DNA of 44,861 bases from Candidatus Saccharimonadales bacterium (GCA_038317055.1 JBBQBA010000002.1:136106-180966); one strand, 5' to 3'. Shown: positions 1 through 10,016, numbered from the stretch's first letter. The notes: generated by a model not told the origin, from the sequence alone. Numbers and translations: made by a program.

Positions 1-480
1 AAGCTCATTATTATATGCAAGCTCAGTATTTCTAAAAACTTTTGGTGTTTGACTGAATAAATGTTCGATTTTATGCTTGTGAGATTCTACTTGAGCTTCA
101 AATTCTTCCTTTGAATAATAAAAAGCTAAACTGTGATAATAAGTCTCACCCAGTATTTCAACCCGACCAGTATTTACAAGTTCTTTAAAAGAATCTAATA
201 CCTCAGGAGCCCATTGTTCTAATTGTTCTATGAAAGTACCTGTTATAGATAAACTGACTTTGAAATCTGGATTTTCATTAAGCATTTTTATAAGTCTTTG
301 ATTGGTTGGAATATAAGATTTTTTGGCTACTTTTTCTAATATTCTTCGATTATTTGTGCGTGAATCATAATTATCTTCTTCAAAATATTTATGGTCTTCA
401 CTTATATCAAAAATTGAGTAATGTTTAATTCTGAACGGTTGGTGTGCGTGTAAATATAGTACGATTGCTTTTTGATCCAT
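1..480 (-). CDS. Glycoside hydrolase family 57 protein (alpha-amylase/branching-enzyme type), N-terminal part; gene runs off the window
   Basis: Reverse-strand translation from ATG 480-478 reads MDQKAIVLYLHAHQPFRIKHYSIFD...GETYYHSLAF and is open to base 1. LHxHQP and GETYYH resemble GH57 N-terminal motifs. The ATG overlaps the stop of the upstream glycosyltransferase (ATGA). Confidence 0.75.
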   Translation of the reverse strand, partial: MDQKAIVLYLHAHQPFRIKHYSIFDISEDHKYFEEDNYDSRTNNRRILEKVAKKSYIPTNQRLIKMLNENPDFKVSLSITGTFIEQLEQWAPEVLDSFKELVNTGRVEILGETYYHSLAFYYSKEEFEAQVESHKHKIEHLFSQTPKVFRNTELAYNNEL

Positions 481-1685
481 CACACTTTTTGTCCCACATA
501 ACCATTATATATCTTGAGTACATCCTTAGCTGAATGGTTCCAGCTTAATTTTACATATTCTTGATAAGCACTATTACTCAACTCTTCTGAAAGACTATCG
601 TTTCTAACTATCGCTGTTATATAGTCTGATAGTTTTCGTATGTCCCAGTAATCAACTTTCAGACTGTTTTTAAATATCTCGCTTACTCCTGACTGTTTAC
701 TGATTATCGTTGGTACATGATAACAAGCTGCTTCTAGGGGAGTAAGACCGAAGGGTTCTGAAACTGAAGGCATAACAAACAGATCACTTGCTTGGTAAGC
801 GTCGCGCCATCTTTTACCTCTTTGAAAACCAGCAAAAAGAACATTTTTACTGATGCCAAGCTCAGCACTTAATTCAATTAACTCATTTTGCATCTCACCA
901 TCACCCACAAATACAAATATGGTTTTAGGTTCGTATTTAATTACATTCTTTGCTGCAAACAGAAGGTTAGGGAGTCCTTTTTGAATAGTCATTCGACCAA
1001 CGTTAGCTACGATTTTGTAGCCGTGTTGTTTTAGTTTTATTAGATATTTGTAGGCATTTTCATCAATATTTTCTATATACAAATCTTCTTGACTAATGCT
1101 GTTATAAACTACTTCTACTTTATCTGTCGGTATACCGTATTCACGAACTATGTCTTCTTTGGTACGGTTACTAACAGCTATAACCTTATCCGCGATTAAC
1201 ATTGCTGTTTCCTCAATTTCTCGCATAAAAGGGTTACCATAACCACCACCGGAACGATCTTTTTCTATTGAGTGGACATGAAGTATTAACGGTTTTCCTG
1301 TTATCTCTTTTGCTTTTAGGGCTGCCCTAAAGGTTAGCCAGTCATGCGCATGAATAACATCATATTCATTAACTTCCACCAGTTTTACAACTACCTCTTC
1401 ATATTTATCGAGAACCTGTCCAATATTAACATGTCTTTTATCTGAATTAGTATATTCGTATTTAAGGTTATCGTAGGGTAAAAACTTTTCAATAACTTTA
1501 TCATAATGAATCTTATTGACAGGGAGTACACTCATAAAAGATTGGTCATAATCTCCGTCATAAGGAATTATAAATTCTATATCGGCACCAACATTTGAGA
1601 GAGCTTTACATAGCTTGTAACAAGCTACGCCAAGTCCACCACTGTTGTGAGGGGGTAATTCCCACCCCAACATTAATACCTTCAT
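480..1685 (-). CDS. Glycosyltransferase, glycogen/alpha-glucan synthase-like (GT4/GT5 fold)
   Basis: 401 aa. N-terminus MKVLMLGWELPPHNSGGLGVA resembles the KxGGL-type motif of glycogen synthases. C-terminal EPFGLTPLEA is a typical GT-B motif. Translationally coupled to the GH57 gene. Confidence 0.75.
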   Translation of the reverse strand: MKVLMLGWELPPHNSGGLGVACYKLCKALSNVGADIEFIIPYDGDYDQSFMSVLPVNKIHYDKVIEKFLPYDNLKYEYTNSDKRHVNIGQVLDKYEEVVVKLVEVNEYDVIHAHDWLTFRAALKAKEITGKPLILHVHSIEKDRSGGGYGNPFMREIEETAMLIADKVIAVSNRTKEDIVREYGIPTDKVEVVYNSISQEDLYIENIDENAYKYLIKLKQHGYKIVANVGRMTIQKGLPNLLFAAKNVIKYEPKTIFVFVGDGEMQNELIELSAELGISKNVLFAGFQRGKRWRDAYQASDLFVMPSVSEPFGLTPLEAACYHVPTIISKQSGVSEIFKNSLKVDYWDIRKLSDYITAIVRNDSLSEELSNSAYQEYVKLSWNHSAKDVLKIYNGYVGQKV

Positions 1686-1843
1686 TTCACACTGTTTCTT
1701 TTTAAAGTTTGTCTTGTATATTATATCTATATATGTTGACTATTAACACAATCATTTTAATACAGATTGTAACTCTTATCAAATATTTCAATGACAATAG
1801 TCAGACACTTAGGTATTATTATATTTAGTGTTTGTCAGTTTAA

Positions 1844-1919
1844 AGGGGAGTAGCTCAGCTGGTAGAGTACCGGTCTCCAAAACCGATGGTCGCAGGTTCG
1901 ATCCCTGTCTCCCCTGCCA
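1844..1919 (+). tRNA. tRNA-Trp (anticodon CCA)
   Basis: Manual cloverleaf: acceptor AGGGGAG/CTCCCCT, D arm GCTC..GAGT, anticodon loop CTCCAAA, T arm GCAGG-TTCGATC-CCTGT, G73 and encoded CCA. Confidence 0.95.
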
Positions 1920-1965
1920 ATATGCTTATGATTGTGAAATTACTTGAATGTAATATGATACTAAT

Positions 1966-2541
1966 ATGACTGAAAGACTTAGTGAAAGAACAGATATAGG
2001 ACAATTAGTTAGTCCAGACGACTTAATTAATGGTTTTCGTAGACTTGAATCACTTTTAACAACCGCAACAACAGTCGCCGGTGAAGGTGTTGGCATAGGA
2101 AGCGAAATACAGGACATTATAGTAAAACCGGACGGAATTGTTAGTTACGAAGATCTGACTAAAGATGATGAAGCTACAAATGAATTTATACTTAAAAGTT
2201 TAGCTTTTCACGTAGCCAATAGAAGTGCAAAGGAAGCATGGAGGCAGGCTTACGAACAGCAATATTCAGTTATATCCTTATTAGGTTTAACTAGGGGTAT
2301 GAAAGTTAAGGTTTCTGCGTTACGAGACGAAGAACGACCAATTAAAGCAACAATGTCTGATGGATCAGTGGTTTCAATGAATAAAGTAAAGGGTAAAATT
2401 GCTATGTCGAATCCGCTAAGCGAGCGAGGTATTTTAAAACTTGAAACAACAACCTTTAGACATCCCTTTAGTGTAGTTGACTTTAGTGTTTATCTTTTCG
2501 ATAAAGCGCTTCGACCAAAAGTAAGTATGGAATTCATGTAA
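1966..2541 (+). CDS. Hypothetical protein
   Basis: 191-aa ORF with no motif I recognise. The antisense 63-aa ORF is rejected. Confidence 0.5.
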   Translation: MTERLSERTDIGQLVSPDDLINGFRRLESLLTTATTVAGEGVGIGSEIQDIIVKPDGIVSYEDLTKDDEATNEFILKSLAFHVANRSAKEAWRQAYEQQYSVISLLGLTRGMKVKVSALRDEERPIKATMSDGSVVSMNKVKGKIAMSNPLSERGILKLETTTFRHPFSVVDFSVYLFDKALRPKVSMEFM

Positions 2542-2566
2542 TAATTATTTGGGGGTGGAAATTTAG

Positions 2567-3343
2567 ATGTATTCAGGCTCAAACTCGGACAATTCCACAT
2601 TATTGGAGCTAGTTATAATTTCTGTATTACTTATAGGTTACTTAATTATATTTATATACAAACGAAGTACAAATAATAGAATTGGTCCAGTTCTTGATGA
2701 TGCAACTGATACATCAATAATTTTAACTATGTATACTTCAGGTGTAATTCTTCAGAAAATAGCTGAAGGAAGTTTTCAAAACTATAAATATAGTTTGTTA
2801 ATAACTTCAGATGAAGTTCTCCCGACCTTAGATACAGAATCTTTAGGTATTGATAGAGCATTAGCACCGCAAAAATCTAACAATTTGGAGATGGGAGCAA
2901 TTAAAACCCCCGAAGGTCTAATCATAATGAAAATAGATTTACCAATCGTTAGTAAAGTGCATATTTTAGGTTTTACTACTCAAGATAAAACTTTCCAATC
3001 ATTACTAGATAACTCTAATCTAGGAGCATTATTAACAGAAGTGAATCTTGAGGGAAATTTTCCAGATTATTTCAAACTTTATACAAATAAAGATCAAGAA
3101 ATAGATATAAGAGAAGTACTTGATCCGACCGCAATGGCATTTTTGATAGATTTCTGCAATAAAATGAACTGGGAATTAGTAGAGAGCAGTTTATATTTTG
3201 TTGAAATTCGTTCATCAGGATCGCAGCCTAACAATATGTCTACCGTAGAAACAGCCGAAGACTTTGTTCAGAAAATACTACCTACACTAATAAGGATGAC
3301 AATACCTACTAATGTTACTCAAAATGATAAAATCGTCAGTTAA
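2567..3343 (+). CDS. Hypothetical membrane-anchored protein
   Basis: 258-aa ORF with one N-terminal hydrophobic helix (LLELVIISVLLIGYLIIFIY). GGGGG/GGTGGA SD-like run upstream. Confidence 0.55.
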   Translation: MYSGSNSDNSTLLELVIISVLLIGYLIIFIYKRSTNNRIGPVLDDATDTSIILTMYTSGVILQKIAEGSFQNYKYSLLITSDEVLPTLDTESLGIDRALAPQKSNNLEMGAIKTPEGLIIMKIDLPIVSKVHILGFTTQDKTFQSLLDNSNLGALLTEVNLEGNFPDYFKLYTNKDQEIDIREVLDPTAMAFLIDFCNKMNWELVESSLYFVEIRSSGSQPNNMSTVETAEDFVQKILPTLIRMTIPTNVTQNDKIVS

Positions 3344-3821
3344 ACCTAGATTCAAGTATTTCCACTATGCTATCAGCAACTAATATTCTTGAATCTAGAT
3401 TATCTTCGGTTAGTACAATAGGTATAAGTTCTGTGTTGTCTTCATTTGCTTCCATCAGTACAATTTGATTAGACCTTAAATAAAAACTAACTGTATTTTC
3501 TACAGGATGTATTTCTCCATCGTTTGAAACTTCTCTAGTCCAAAGATCAACTGTTTGAACTCGTCTTTTTATAGTATTTTCTTTTAAAATAAGTAGTCTT
3601 CCGTATATTGTTGTACCAGTTTCCGAACTCCGGCTTAATATAACAGTTTTTGTTTGTTCTACTTGTCTTGATACTCGAGAAGTTTGAACTCCATTAACGA
3701 TATTCTCTACACGATTATTTAGTTGCCGTAAATTATCACCAAATTCTTCAAATATATCAGGCACAATTAACGGATCTTCGCTAAGCAGGTCCATAACAGT
3801 AATAATTGATTCTTTTTTCAT
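3336..3821 (-). CDS. Hypothetical protein
   Basis: 161-aa ORF, convergent with the previous gene. No recognisable motif. Confidence 0.5.
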   Translation of the reverse strand: MKKESIITVMDLLSEDPLIVPDIFEEFGDNLRQLNNRVENIVNGVQTSRVSRQVEQTKTVILSRSSETGTTIYGRLLILKENTIKRRVQTVDLWTREVSNDGEIHPVENTVSFYLRSNQIVLMEANEDNTELIPIVLTEDNLDSRILVADSIVEILESRFN

Positions 3822-3942
3822 GGTTGTTAGATAATCTCATATAATTAAATATTTGCAAGCTAAAGCATGTTAATATTGATCCCGCTATTGGTTGCGGTAG
3901 GATAGCTCAACCTTTATACTTTTTTCTATAGACGGGGTTAGT

Positions 3943-4530
3943 ATGGTAAAGACAAAAGACAAATTTTTAATTGATAACTTGAACGCAAAAGGTCGTTATA
4001 TTGAAAAGTTTGATCGTTTAGAAGAGATTGTTAAAGCTCTTCGTGTAATTGGTGCAAAAATCGTCTTAACCCAAGGGACTTTTGACTTTATTCATGTTGG
4101 ACATTTCTTATATCTCGAAAGAGCAAAATCACACGGCGATATATTGATTGTCGGCGTAGACAGTGATGAAAAAGTTAGAAATAGAAAGGGGCCAGACCGC
4201 CCAATAGTCAACGAGAATGAGCGTTTAGATATGTTAACCCACGTAAGACACGTTGATTTAGTAGCATTGAAAACAGCTAAAATGCCTCATTGGAATCTAA
4301 TTAAAATCATAAAACCGGACACATTAATTGCTACTAAAGAAACTTATTCAACTAAAGAAATTAAAGAGTTAAATAAAATTTGTGGTGAAGTTATTGTGCT
4401 AGCTCCTCAGGCTACAACCTCTACAACCGCAAAGATTCGACGATTAAATATAGGATTGTCTGAAAAGATTAAAAGAGCAGTCACTGAATCTATAAATGAT
4501 ACTTTTGAAAAATTAGTCGATGAAGCGTGA
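3943..4530 (+). CDS. Cytidylyltransferase-family nucleotidyltransferase (RfaE domain II / TagD-like)
   Basis: GTFDFIHVGHFLYLERAK carries the (H/T)xGH signature of the cytidylyltransferase superfamily. Size is 195 aa. Confidence 0.7.
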   Translation: MVKTKDKFLIDNLNAKGRYIEKFDRLEEIVKALRVIGAKIVLTQGTFDFIHVGHFLYLERAKSHGDILIVGVDSDEKVRNRKGPDRPIVNENERLDMLTHVRHVDLVALKTAKMPHWNLIKIIKPDTLIATKETYSTKEIKELNKICGEVIVLAPQATTSTTAKIRRLNIGLSEKIKRAVTESINDTFEKLVDEA

Positions 4531-5440
4531 AAATACCAAAAAGATATATTTAGCTGGCTATATACCTGTAATTCATAAAGGATACATAAAACTATTTAAA
4601 AGATTTAAAGATGTCGATACTTTTTTAGTGTTCGATCAAGATTTAATTAAATCAGAAGATTATCTTAGGAAGGATATTCGAGCCCTTAAACCAAGCGAAG
4701 CTGTATCGTTAATAAGTAGCACCAATTATTTTTCAAATGTTGAGCTTTTAAATAAACAAAAAATAAAAATTCTAGATAGACCGTCTAATAAGTTTGTTTT
4801 TCCAGATGATGATATTAGTCACTCTATAGCTGAGGCTTATATTAATAAAGCAAAAGTTGAGTATTATCCGGTTTTTCTACGTTGGGATCGAAGAAATATT
4901 GGTAATTTAGATTTACCAATTCCAAACGAAACTATATCTAAAAATAAACTGGACGAAGACCTAATGAATATAGCTCTAGATATTTCAACAGGGAGTAGTG
5001 ACATTTGGAGGCGAGTTGGAGCTGTTTTAGTAGATAGATGGGGAAAAGTACTAGATAAATCAGCTAATACTAGTGAGCCATCTCAATATTCGCCGTGGAT
5101 AGAAGGCGAAACTAGGCTACTCAATAAAGTAGGTGAAGGAATCGATTTAACAAATTTTATGCATGCAGAAGCTAGACTTATTGCTAGAGCATCAAAAAAT
5201 GGCAAATCTATTAAAGACCTATCTATGTACGTGAGTACATTTCCTTGTCCAACATGTGCATTGCTGCTATCTGAATCAGGCATAAAAAAGATATATTATA
5301 AAGATGGATATGGAGTATTAAATGGCGCGGATATATTAGCAAAAGCTGGTGTAGAATTAATCAGAGTACCGGTTAAAGACTTAAAAGATAAAAAAGGCGA
5401 ATGGGAAAACTATCCAGTTAAGCCAAAAATCAATTCTTAG
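4520..5440 (+). CDS. Fusion protein: degenerate nucleotidyltransferase-like N-domain plus dCMP/cytidine deaminase zinc-binding domain
   Basis: C-terminal half has HAEARLI ... PCPTCA (the HAE / PCxxC deaminase zinc motif). N-terminal GYIPVIHKGYIKLF resembles a decayed HxGH motif. Overlaps the upstream gene by 11 nt. Confidence 0.75.
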   Translation: MKRENTKKIYLAGYIPVIHKGYIKLFKRFKDVDTFLVFDQDLIKSEDYLRKDIRALKPSEAVSLISSTNYFSNVELLNKQKIKILDRPSNKFVFPDDDISHSIAEAYINKAKVEYYPVFLRWDRRNIGNLDLPIPNETISKNKLDEDLMNIALDISTGSSDIWRRVGAVLVDRWGKVLDKSANTSEPSQYSPWIEGETRLLNKVGEGIDLTNFMHAEARLIARASKNGKSIKDLSMYVSTFPCPTCALLLSESGIKKIYYKDGYGVLNGADILAKAGVELIRVPVKDLKDKKGEWENYPVKPKINS

Positions 5441-5879
5441 GTTGACTACTCATTTTAAACCTGACAGGGTCTTTATCTTCTGAATCTTTATCTCCTACAA
5501 GTAATTGAGCATGTAAATGTTCCACACTACCACCGTTATATCGCATATCACCAGATCTCATACCTACCCCGTAACTGGTTAAACTATATTTAACTTCAAC
5601 AAGTGCAACTATATCTAAAAATTCAGACCTAGCAGACTTAGAAAGACTATTAATTGTCTTTACGTGTTTTTTTGATATCAGCAGGAAATGATACTTAGTG
5701 TTTTTATATGGAAAGTCGTTATTTTTAACATACCAATTGTCTGTTTCAATTATTATTTTTGATGTTGTTTCAGATTTAATGTTTTTTGGGCAAAAAGCAC
5801 AAACTTTTCTTCGGTCGAGATCAATCATTCGATCCAATTGTTCTTTAGCGCGTGCAGCATCAAAGTTATATTGAGCCAT
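5430..5879 (-). CDS. HIT-superfamily protein, HxHxQ (transferase/phosphorylase branch-like)
   Basis: CAFCPKN plus VEHLHAQLLV. The third His of the histidine triad is Gln, as in the GalT/Ap4A-phosphorylase branch. Its start overlaps the folA stop by 1 nt. Confidence 0.65.
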   Translation of the reverse strand: MAQYNFDAARAKEQLDRMIDLDRRKVCAFCPKNIKSETTSKIIIETDNWYVKNNDFPYKNTKYHFLLISKKHVKTINSLSKSARSEFLDIVALVEVKYSLTSYGVGMRSGDMRYNGGSVEHLHAQLLVGDKDSEDKDPVRFKMSSQPKN

Positions 5880-6382
5880 TACATCTTTCGTAGCTCAATA
5901 AAATCATAATCAAATTGGTTTTTCTCATCATTTTTATATTCTTGTTTGTTTATAGTTTTCCATTCATGTGGGTTTAGCTCAGGAAAAAAAGCATCACCAT
6001 CAATTTTAGTGTGTACGGTAGTTAAAAATATATGGTTAACAATTCCGGCATCAATAGCACTCTTATATAGTTGTCCTCCACCAATAATAAAACAAAAATC
6101 GTCACTTAAATCGATAGATTTACCTAAATCTTTGATTGATTTAAAAACCTCAAAACCATCCGGTACTTGAGTAAGTGAAGTCGATATTATTAAATTTCGG
6201 CGATTCGGAAGTGGTTTACCTAGACTGTTAATAATTGACTCATAAGTCTTTCGTCCCATAACAACTGTATGATTTTCAGTTATTTCCCTAAAGTGCTTCA
6301 TATCGTTAGATAATCGCCACGGTATAGTGTTAGCTTTTCCTATTACATGATTCTCTGATTCGGCAACAACTATTGTACTCAT
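5879..6382 (-). CDS. folA: Dihydrofolate reductase
   Basis: 167 aa. IPWRLSNDMKHFREIT, GRKTYESI and IIGGGQLY are classic DHFR motifs. ATGA overlap with thyA. Confidence 0.85.
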   Translation of the reverse strand: MSTIVVAESENHVIGKANTIPWRLSNDMKHFREITENHTVVMGRKTYESIINSLGKPLPNRRNLIISTSLTQVPDGFEVFKSIKDLGKSIDLSDDFCFIIGGGQLYKSAIDAGIVNHIFLTTVHTKIDGDAFFPELNPHEWKTINKQEYKNDEKNQFDYDFIELRKM

Positions 6383-7272
6383 GTCGCTACCGGTATTTTT
6401 AGGATTGAAGGATGAGGATCATAATCAGAAAGTTCAAAGTGTTCAGATCGAAAATCAAATATACTATTAATTTTTAAACCTTCCTTAGTTAGTTTTACGG
6501 TCGGAAGTTTTAGTGGTTTTCGTTTAATCATTTCTCTAACTTTTTCAATTTGATCTTCATAAATATGAGAATCTGAAATAGTGTGAATGTATTCGGTTGG
6601 TTCATAACCAGTTAAATGACCAATCATAATTAATAGTGCGGCATATTGAACCATATTAGACGGTACTCCAATTGGAACATCACCTGAACGCTGAAACATA
6701 TGGAGATATAATTTGCTATCTATAACACGAACATGAACCCAACCATGACACGGTGCAATAGTCACTTTTTGATGTTTACCCTTACCACGAACAATATACT
6801 GAGGAATCCAGGGTGTCACAAAATGTGTTCTCAACTCAGGTAACTCTTTAATTTGTTCGATAAGATGTTTAAATTGATTAAAGTTTTTGCCATCCTGAGT
6901 TGGAAAATCATGAAATGCGGCTCCGTATGAACCGGGTCCGATATCACCTTCTACTAATCCTCGTTTTTCAGTTTTTTCCTTCGAAGTCCAAGCGCCCCAC
7001 CAAGTACAGCCAAATTTTGCAAGTTCTTCAGTAGTCCTAGCGCCGTTTATAAATGCACAAAGTTCTCCGATTGGTTTTTGCCAAAAAGACAGTAGGCTTC
7101 TGTCTGTGATAAGCGGAAAACCATTATTTATTTTAAAGTGCATTTGAGTACCAATTACTGTTAGAGCTCTTGGTCCTTGTCTAGTATCACTAAAAACACC
7201 ATTCTTTAGAATATTTTTTAATAAATCAGAATATTGAGCATCCGGTATTCGTTTTGCAAAATCCTTATACAT
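6379..7272 (-). CDS. thyA: Thymidylate synthase (ThyA type, divergent)
   Basis: 297 aa with the catalytic APCH motif, QRSGDVPIGVPSN (QRS.D...G.P.N) and SDSHIY (GD.H.Y equivalent). Coupling to folA supports a DHF-producing ThyA. Confidence 0.8.
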   Translation of the reverse strand: MYKDFAKRIPDAQYSDLLKNILKNGVFSDTRQGPRALTVIGTQMHFKINNGFPLITDRSLLSFWQKPIGELCAFINGARTTEELAKFGCTWWGAWTSKEKTEKRGLVEGDIGPGSYGAAFHDFPTQDGKNFNQFKHLIEQIKELPELRTHFVTPWIPQYIVRGKGKHQKVTIAPCHGWVHVRVIDSKLYLHMFQRSGDVPIGVPSNMVQYAALLIMIGHLTGYEPTEYIHTISDSHIYEDQIEKVREMIKRKPLKLPTVKLTKEGLKINSIFDFRSEHFELSDYDPHPSILKIPVAT

Positions 7273-7371
7273 AAAACCCCTTAACTTGTTTCAGCCTAAT
7301 TATAACAAAATGAAGTGTTATGAGTATTAAACATATTTGCATACAGTAGTAGATTGTTATAAATTTATACT

Positions 7372-8034
7372 ATGCATAAACAAGTGTTGACTAAACCCGT
7401 ATTAATTATTCTCTACGGTTTCCCGGGATCTGGTAAAACCTTTTTTTCAAGACAATTTTCTGATGAAATCAATGCCGCCAATGTTAACGGTGACTATTTA
7501 AGGGATGAGTTCTTTGATGAACCAACATATAGTAAAGATGAAAACGATGTCGTAAATCATCTAAGTCTATTCATGGTTTCTCAGTTTTTAGAAACTGGAG
7601 TCAGCGTAGTTTATGATGCCAGCTCGATAAAAAAAAGCGAAAGAAGAATTTTAAAAGATATGGCTATGCGTGCTAAAACTGATTCATTAATTGTTTGGCT
7701 TCAAATAGACATAGAAAGTGCGTTTGCAAGAGTAAATAACCGAGATAGACGACGTACCGATGATAAATATAACCGTGAGTTAGACAGAACCACTTTTGAA
7801 ACGATAATAAGCCAAATGCAGAACCCAGTTCTTAACGAAGATTATGTAGTTATATCAGGTAAACATAACTTTATAACACACAAGAACGCTGTTATGAAGA
7901 AGCTGTATGAAAAAGGTCTTATTAACCAGGAAACAGCTGACACAAAAATGGTTAAACCAGGTCTTGTAAATCGTGTGCCTAATCTACTTGGAGGCAGAGT
8001 AGATGCTGCCAGACGTAATATTTCCATTCATTAA
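7372..8034 (+). CDS. P-loop kinase / AAA_33-like ATPase
   Basis: Walker A GFPGSGKTF near the N-terminus, 220 aa. Substrate unknown. Confidence 0.6.
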   Translation: MHKQVLTKPVLIILYGFPGSGKTFFSRQFSDEINAANVNGDYLRDEFFDEPTYSKDENDVVNHLSLFMVSQFLETGVSVVYDASSIKKSERRILKDMAMRAKTDSLIVWLQIDIESAFARVNNRDRRRTDDKYNRELDRTTFETIISQMQNPVLNEDYVVISGKHNFITHKNAVMKKLYEKGLINQETADTKMVKPGLVNRVPNLLGGRVDAARRNISIH

Positions 8035-8744
8035 TGGCTGTTAAAAAAGTTATTTTACCTAAGATTGGTGAAGTTAGTTTATATAAACGTAAGGGCGCTA
8101 AGTCGATGCGTATTAGTATCAGTCATGAAGGTGGTGTTAGGTTAACGCTACCAAAATGGACGCCATATAGCGCTGGAATCGCGTTTATCGGAAGTCATAT
8201 TGATTGGATTAATGCCCATAGAGTTCCTGATATGCCCGGCTTTTCGACTAATATGCGTATTGGTAAAGCACATAAATTAGTTTTTATAACTGATCCAACA
8301 ATAAAAAAAGTATCGACCAGAATTACTCTCAATGAAGCCAGAGTCATACTACCTATTGGAATTGAACCTGATTCTGAATCGGCGCAGAAATTTGCTAAAA
8401 CCGTAACTCTTAGAACATTAAAGTACGAAGCGGAGGAACTACTACCTAAAAAATTAAATCTATTGGCAGATTTACATGGTTTTAGCTATAACCAGATAAA
8501 AATTAAACAACTTAAAACTAGATGGGGAAGTTGTAATAATTTTAAACAAATAACCCTTAGTTTTTACTTGATGCAACTACCCTGGGAATTAATTGATTAC
8601 GTTATATTACATGAGCTTACGCATACTAAAGTCTTAGCCCATGGACCAAAGTTTTGGGAAGAATTTAATAAACACTTACCTAATGCCAAAGCTTTTAAGA
8701 AACAAATTAATACGTACAAACCGGTTATTGATACAACTTTATAA
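8034..8744 (+). CDS. DUF45 / YgjP-like zinc metallohydrolase (M48-like)
   Basis: ILHELTHTKVLAHGPKFW (HExxH followed by H..FW) near the C-terminus, as in the YgjP family. TAATG overlap with the upstream kinase. Confidence 0.75.
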   Translation: MAVKKVILPKIGEVSLYKRKGAKSMRISISHEGGVRLTLPKWTPYSAGIAFIGSHIDWINAHRVPDMPGFSTNMRIGKAHKLVFITDPTIKKVSTRITLNEARVILPIGIEPDSESAQKFAKTVTLRTLKYEAEELLPKKLNLLADLHGFSYNQIKIKQLKTRWGSCNNFKQITLSFYLMQLPWELIDYVILHELTHTKVLAHGPKFWEEFNKHLPNAKAFKKQINTYKPVIDTTL

Positions 8745-8785
8745 CTAGTCAGATTAGAGGTAATGTGATTTAATAACTGCTTATT

Positions 8786-9532
8786 ATGAGTGAATATAGA
8801 CACAATCATGACCTCGATAATGTTTTTGAAACAGATAAATACGTAGTAGAAAAGGTAGCCGAGTATCTAGCACGAGTTGTAGACGCTGAAATACCTGGTT
8901 TTCAAATTAGTCACGACATGAGTATTCCGATAATAGATGAGACCAAAAAGGATCCATCTTTTTCTTCGCAAAAACAGATTGCACATTGGAGACACCAAGC
9001 ATTAATATTGGCAGCAGCAAATTTAACTAATCCTAGTCTAATAGTTTCAAGAATGTTTAGTGAATCCGATAGCGAAAAATTCTCTAATGTAACAGCTGCT
9101 CACTACGATAAAGATAGAGATCCTTTTGATCCTGAAGATGGTTTTATTATGGTCTTGAGACTACATACTGCAGATGAACAAAACGGGGCAGTTGGTTTAA
9201 TGGTAAACGGTGCACCGGGTTTAACTGCTAAAAATGGTGACCAAGATTTGTTTGTTCCTGGTTCATGGGAACCGACAAAAGAAGCTTTAGAATTTGGTTA
9301 TGACGGATCACCTAGTTTATCTACATTTGATTTATTGGAGTATTTACATGAGGACAGTTTTGATCCAATAGTTAGTGAAGCAGACGTATATCACTTTACT
9401 CAATATCCGTTGTCAAGCATTATATTTAGATCTAAAACAAACCTTGGTCAGGCTGTACCTCATGTATTTGCCTCAGATTATAATGAAGATAGATATCCTT
9501 TGAGGTCAGATTTGGATGTATTTACCAGCTAG
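8786..9532 (+). CDS. Hypothetical protein (possible HxD...H cupin/oxygenase-like)
   Basis: 248-aa ORF. Motif order AHYD ... GFIMVLRL ... PHVF is shared with the cassette ORF at 16041-16886. Confidence 0.5.
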   Translation: MSEYRHNHDLDNVFETDKYVVEKVAEYLARVVDAEIPGFQISHDMSIPIIDETKKDPSFSSQKQIAHWRHQALILAAANLTNPSLIVSRMFSESDSEKFSNVTAAHYDKDRDPFDPEDGFIMVLRLHTADEQNGAVGLMVNGAPGLTAKNGDQDLFVPGSWEPTKEALEFGYDGSPSLSTFDLLEYLHEDSFDPIVSEADVYHFTQYPLSSIIFRSKTNLGQAVPHVFASDYNEDRYPLRSDLDVFTS

Positions 9533-10016
9533 GAGGTAAATCATCTAAAGAACGACTTAATATTTCAGCGTTTTGAACTACGTGCGTAGTTTCTAGTGTA
9601 GTTACTAGAGCACTTAGAGGTAATCTGTTTTCAGCATCTGTATTGGGAGAATTGTATGTCATATCACTATATTTAAATCTTTTACCACCTTGACTATCAG
9701 ATACATCTTTAATTCTATGAGCATAAACATTAGCTGGATGACTAACACCCTGGAAGTCCCAGGTAATCTCAATATCCATTAATTCATGTAGTCCATGATT
9801 ACGAACGCTATCAAGAACTATTTTACGACCGTGGTCAAATTCATTGACACACGCATAAGTTTGTTCATCAGGCGTCCAAAAAATACCTAAGGCTAGCTTT
9901 GCTGCCTTTTCAGATAGTCTACTTAACCTAAAGCTTTCTATATGATCACTAGTTATACTAAAAACAGCCTTGCCTACTTCAACTAATCCTTCAGATATTT
10001 CTGTTCTAATTTTCAT
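9522..10016 (-). CDS. Hypothetical protein
   Basis: 164-aa ORF. Its 3' end overlaps the convergent gene by 11 nt. Confidence 0.45.
   Translation of the reverse strand: MKIRTEISEGLVEVGKAVFSITSDHIESFRLSRLSEKAAKLALGIFWTPDEQTYACVNEFDHGRKIVLDSVRNHGLHELMDIEITWDFQGVSHPANVYAHRIKDVSDSQGGKRFKYSDMTYNSPNTDAENRLPLSALVTTLETTHVVQNAEILSRSLDDLPPSW

Noticed and set aside
3870-3925. tRNA-like fragment (GGTAGGATAGCTCAACC) upstream of the cytidylyltransferase gene
   Set aside because: It shows only a D-arm-like TAGCTCAAC resemblance. No anticodon arm, T arm or acceptor pairing can be drawn.
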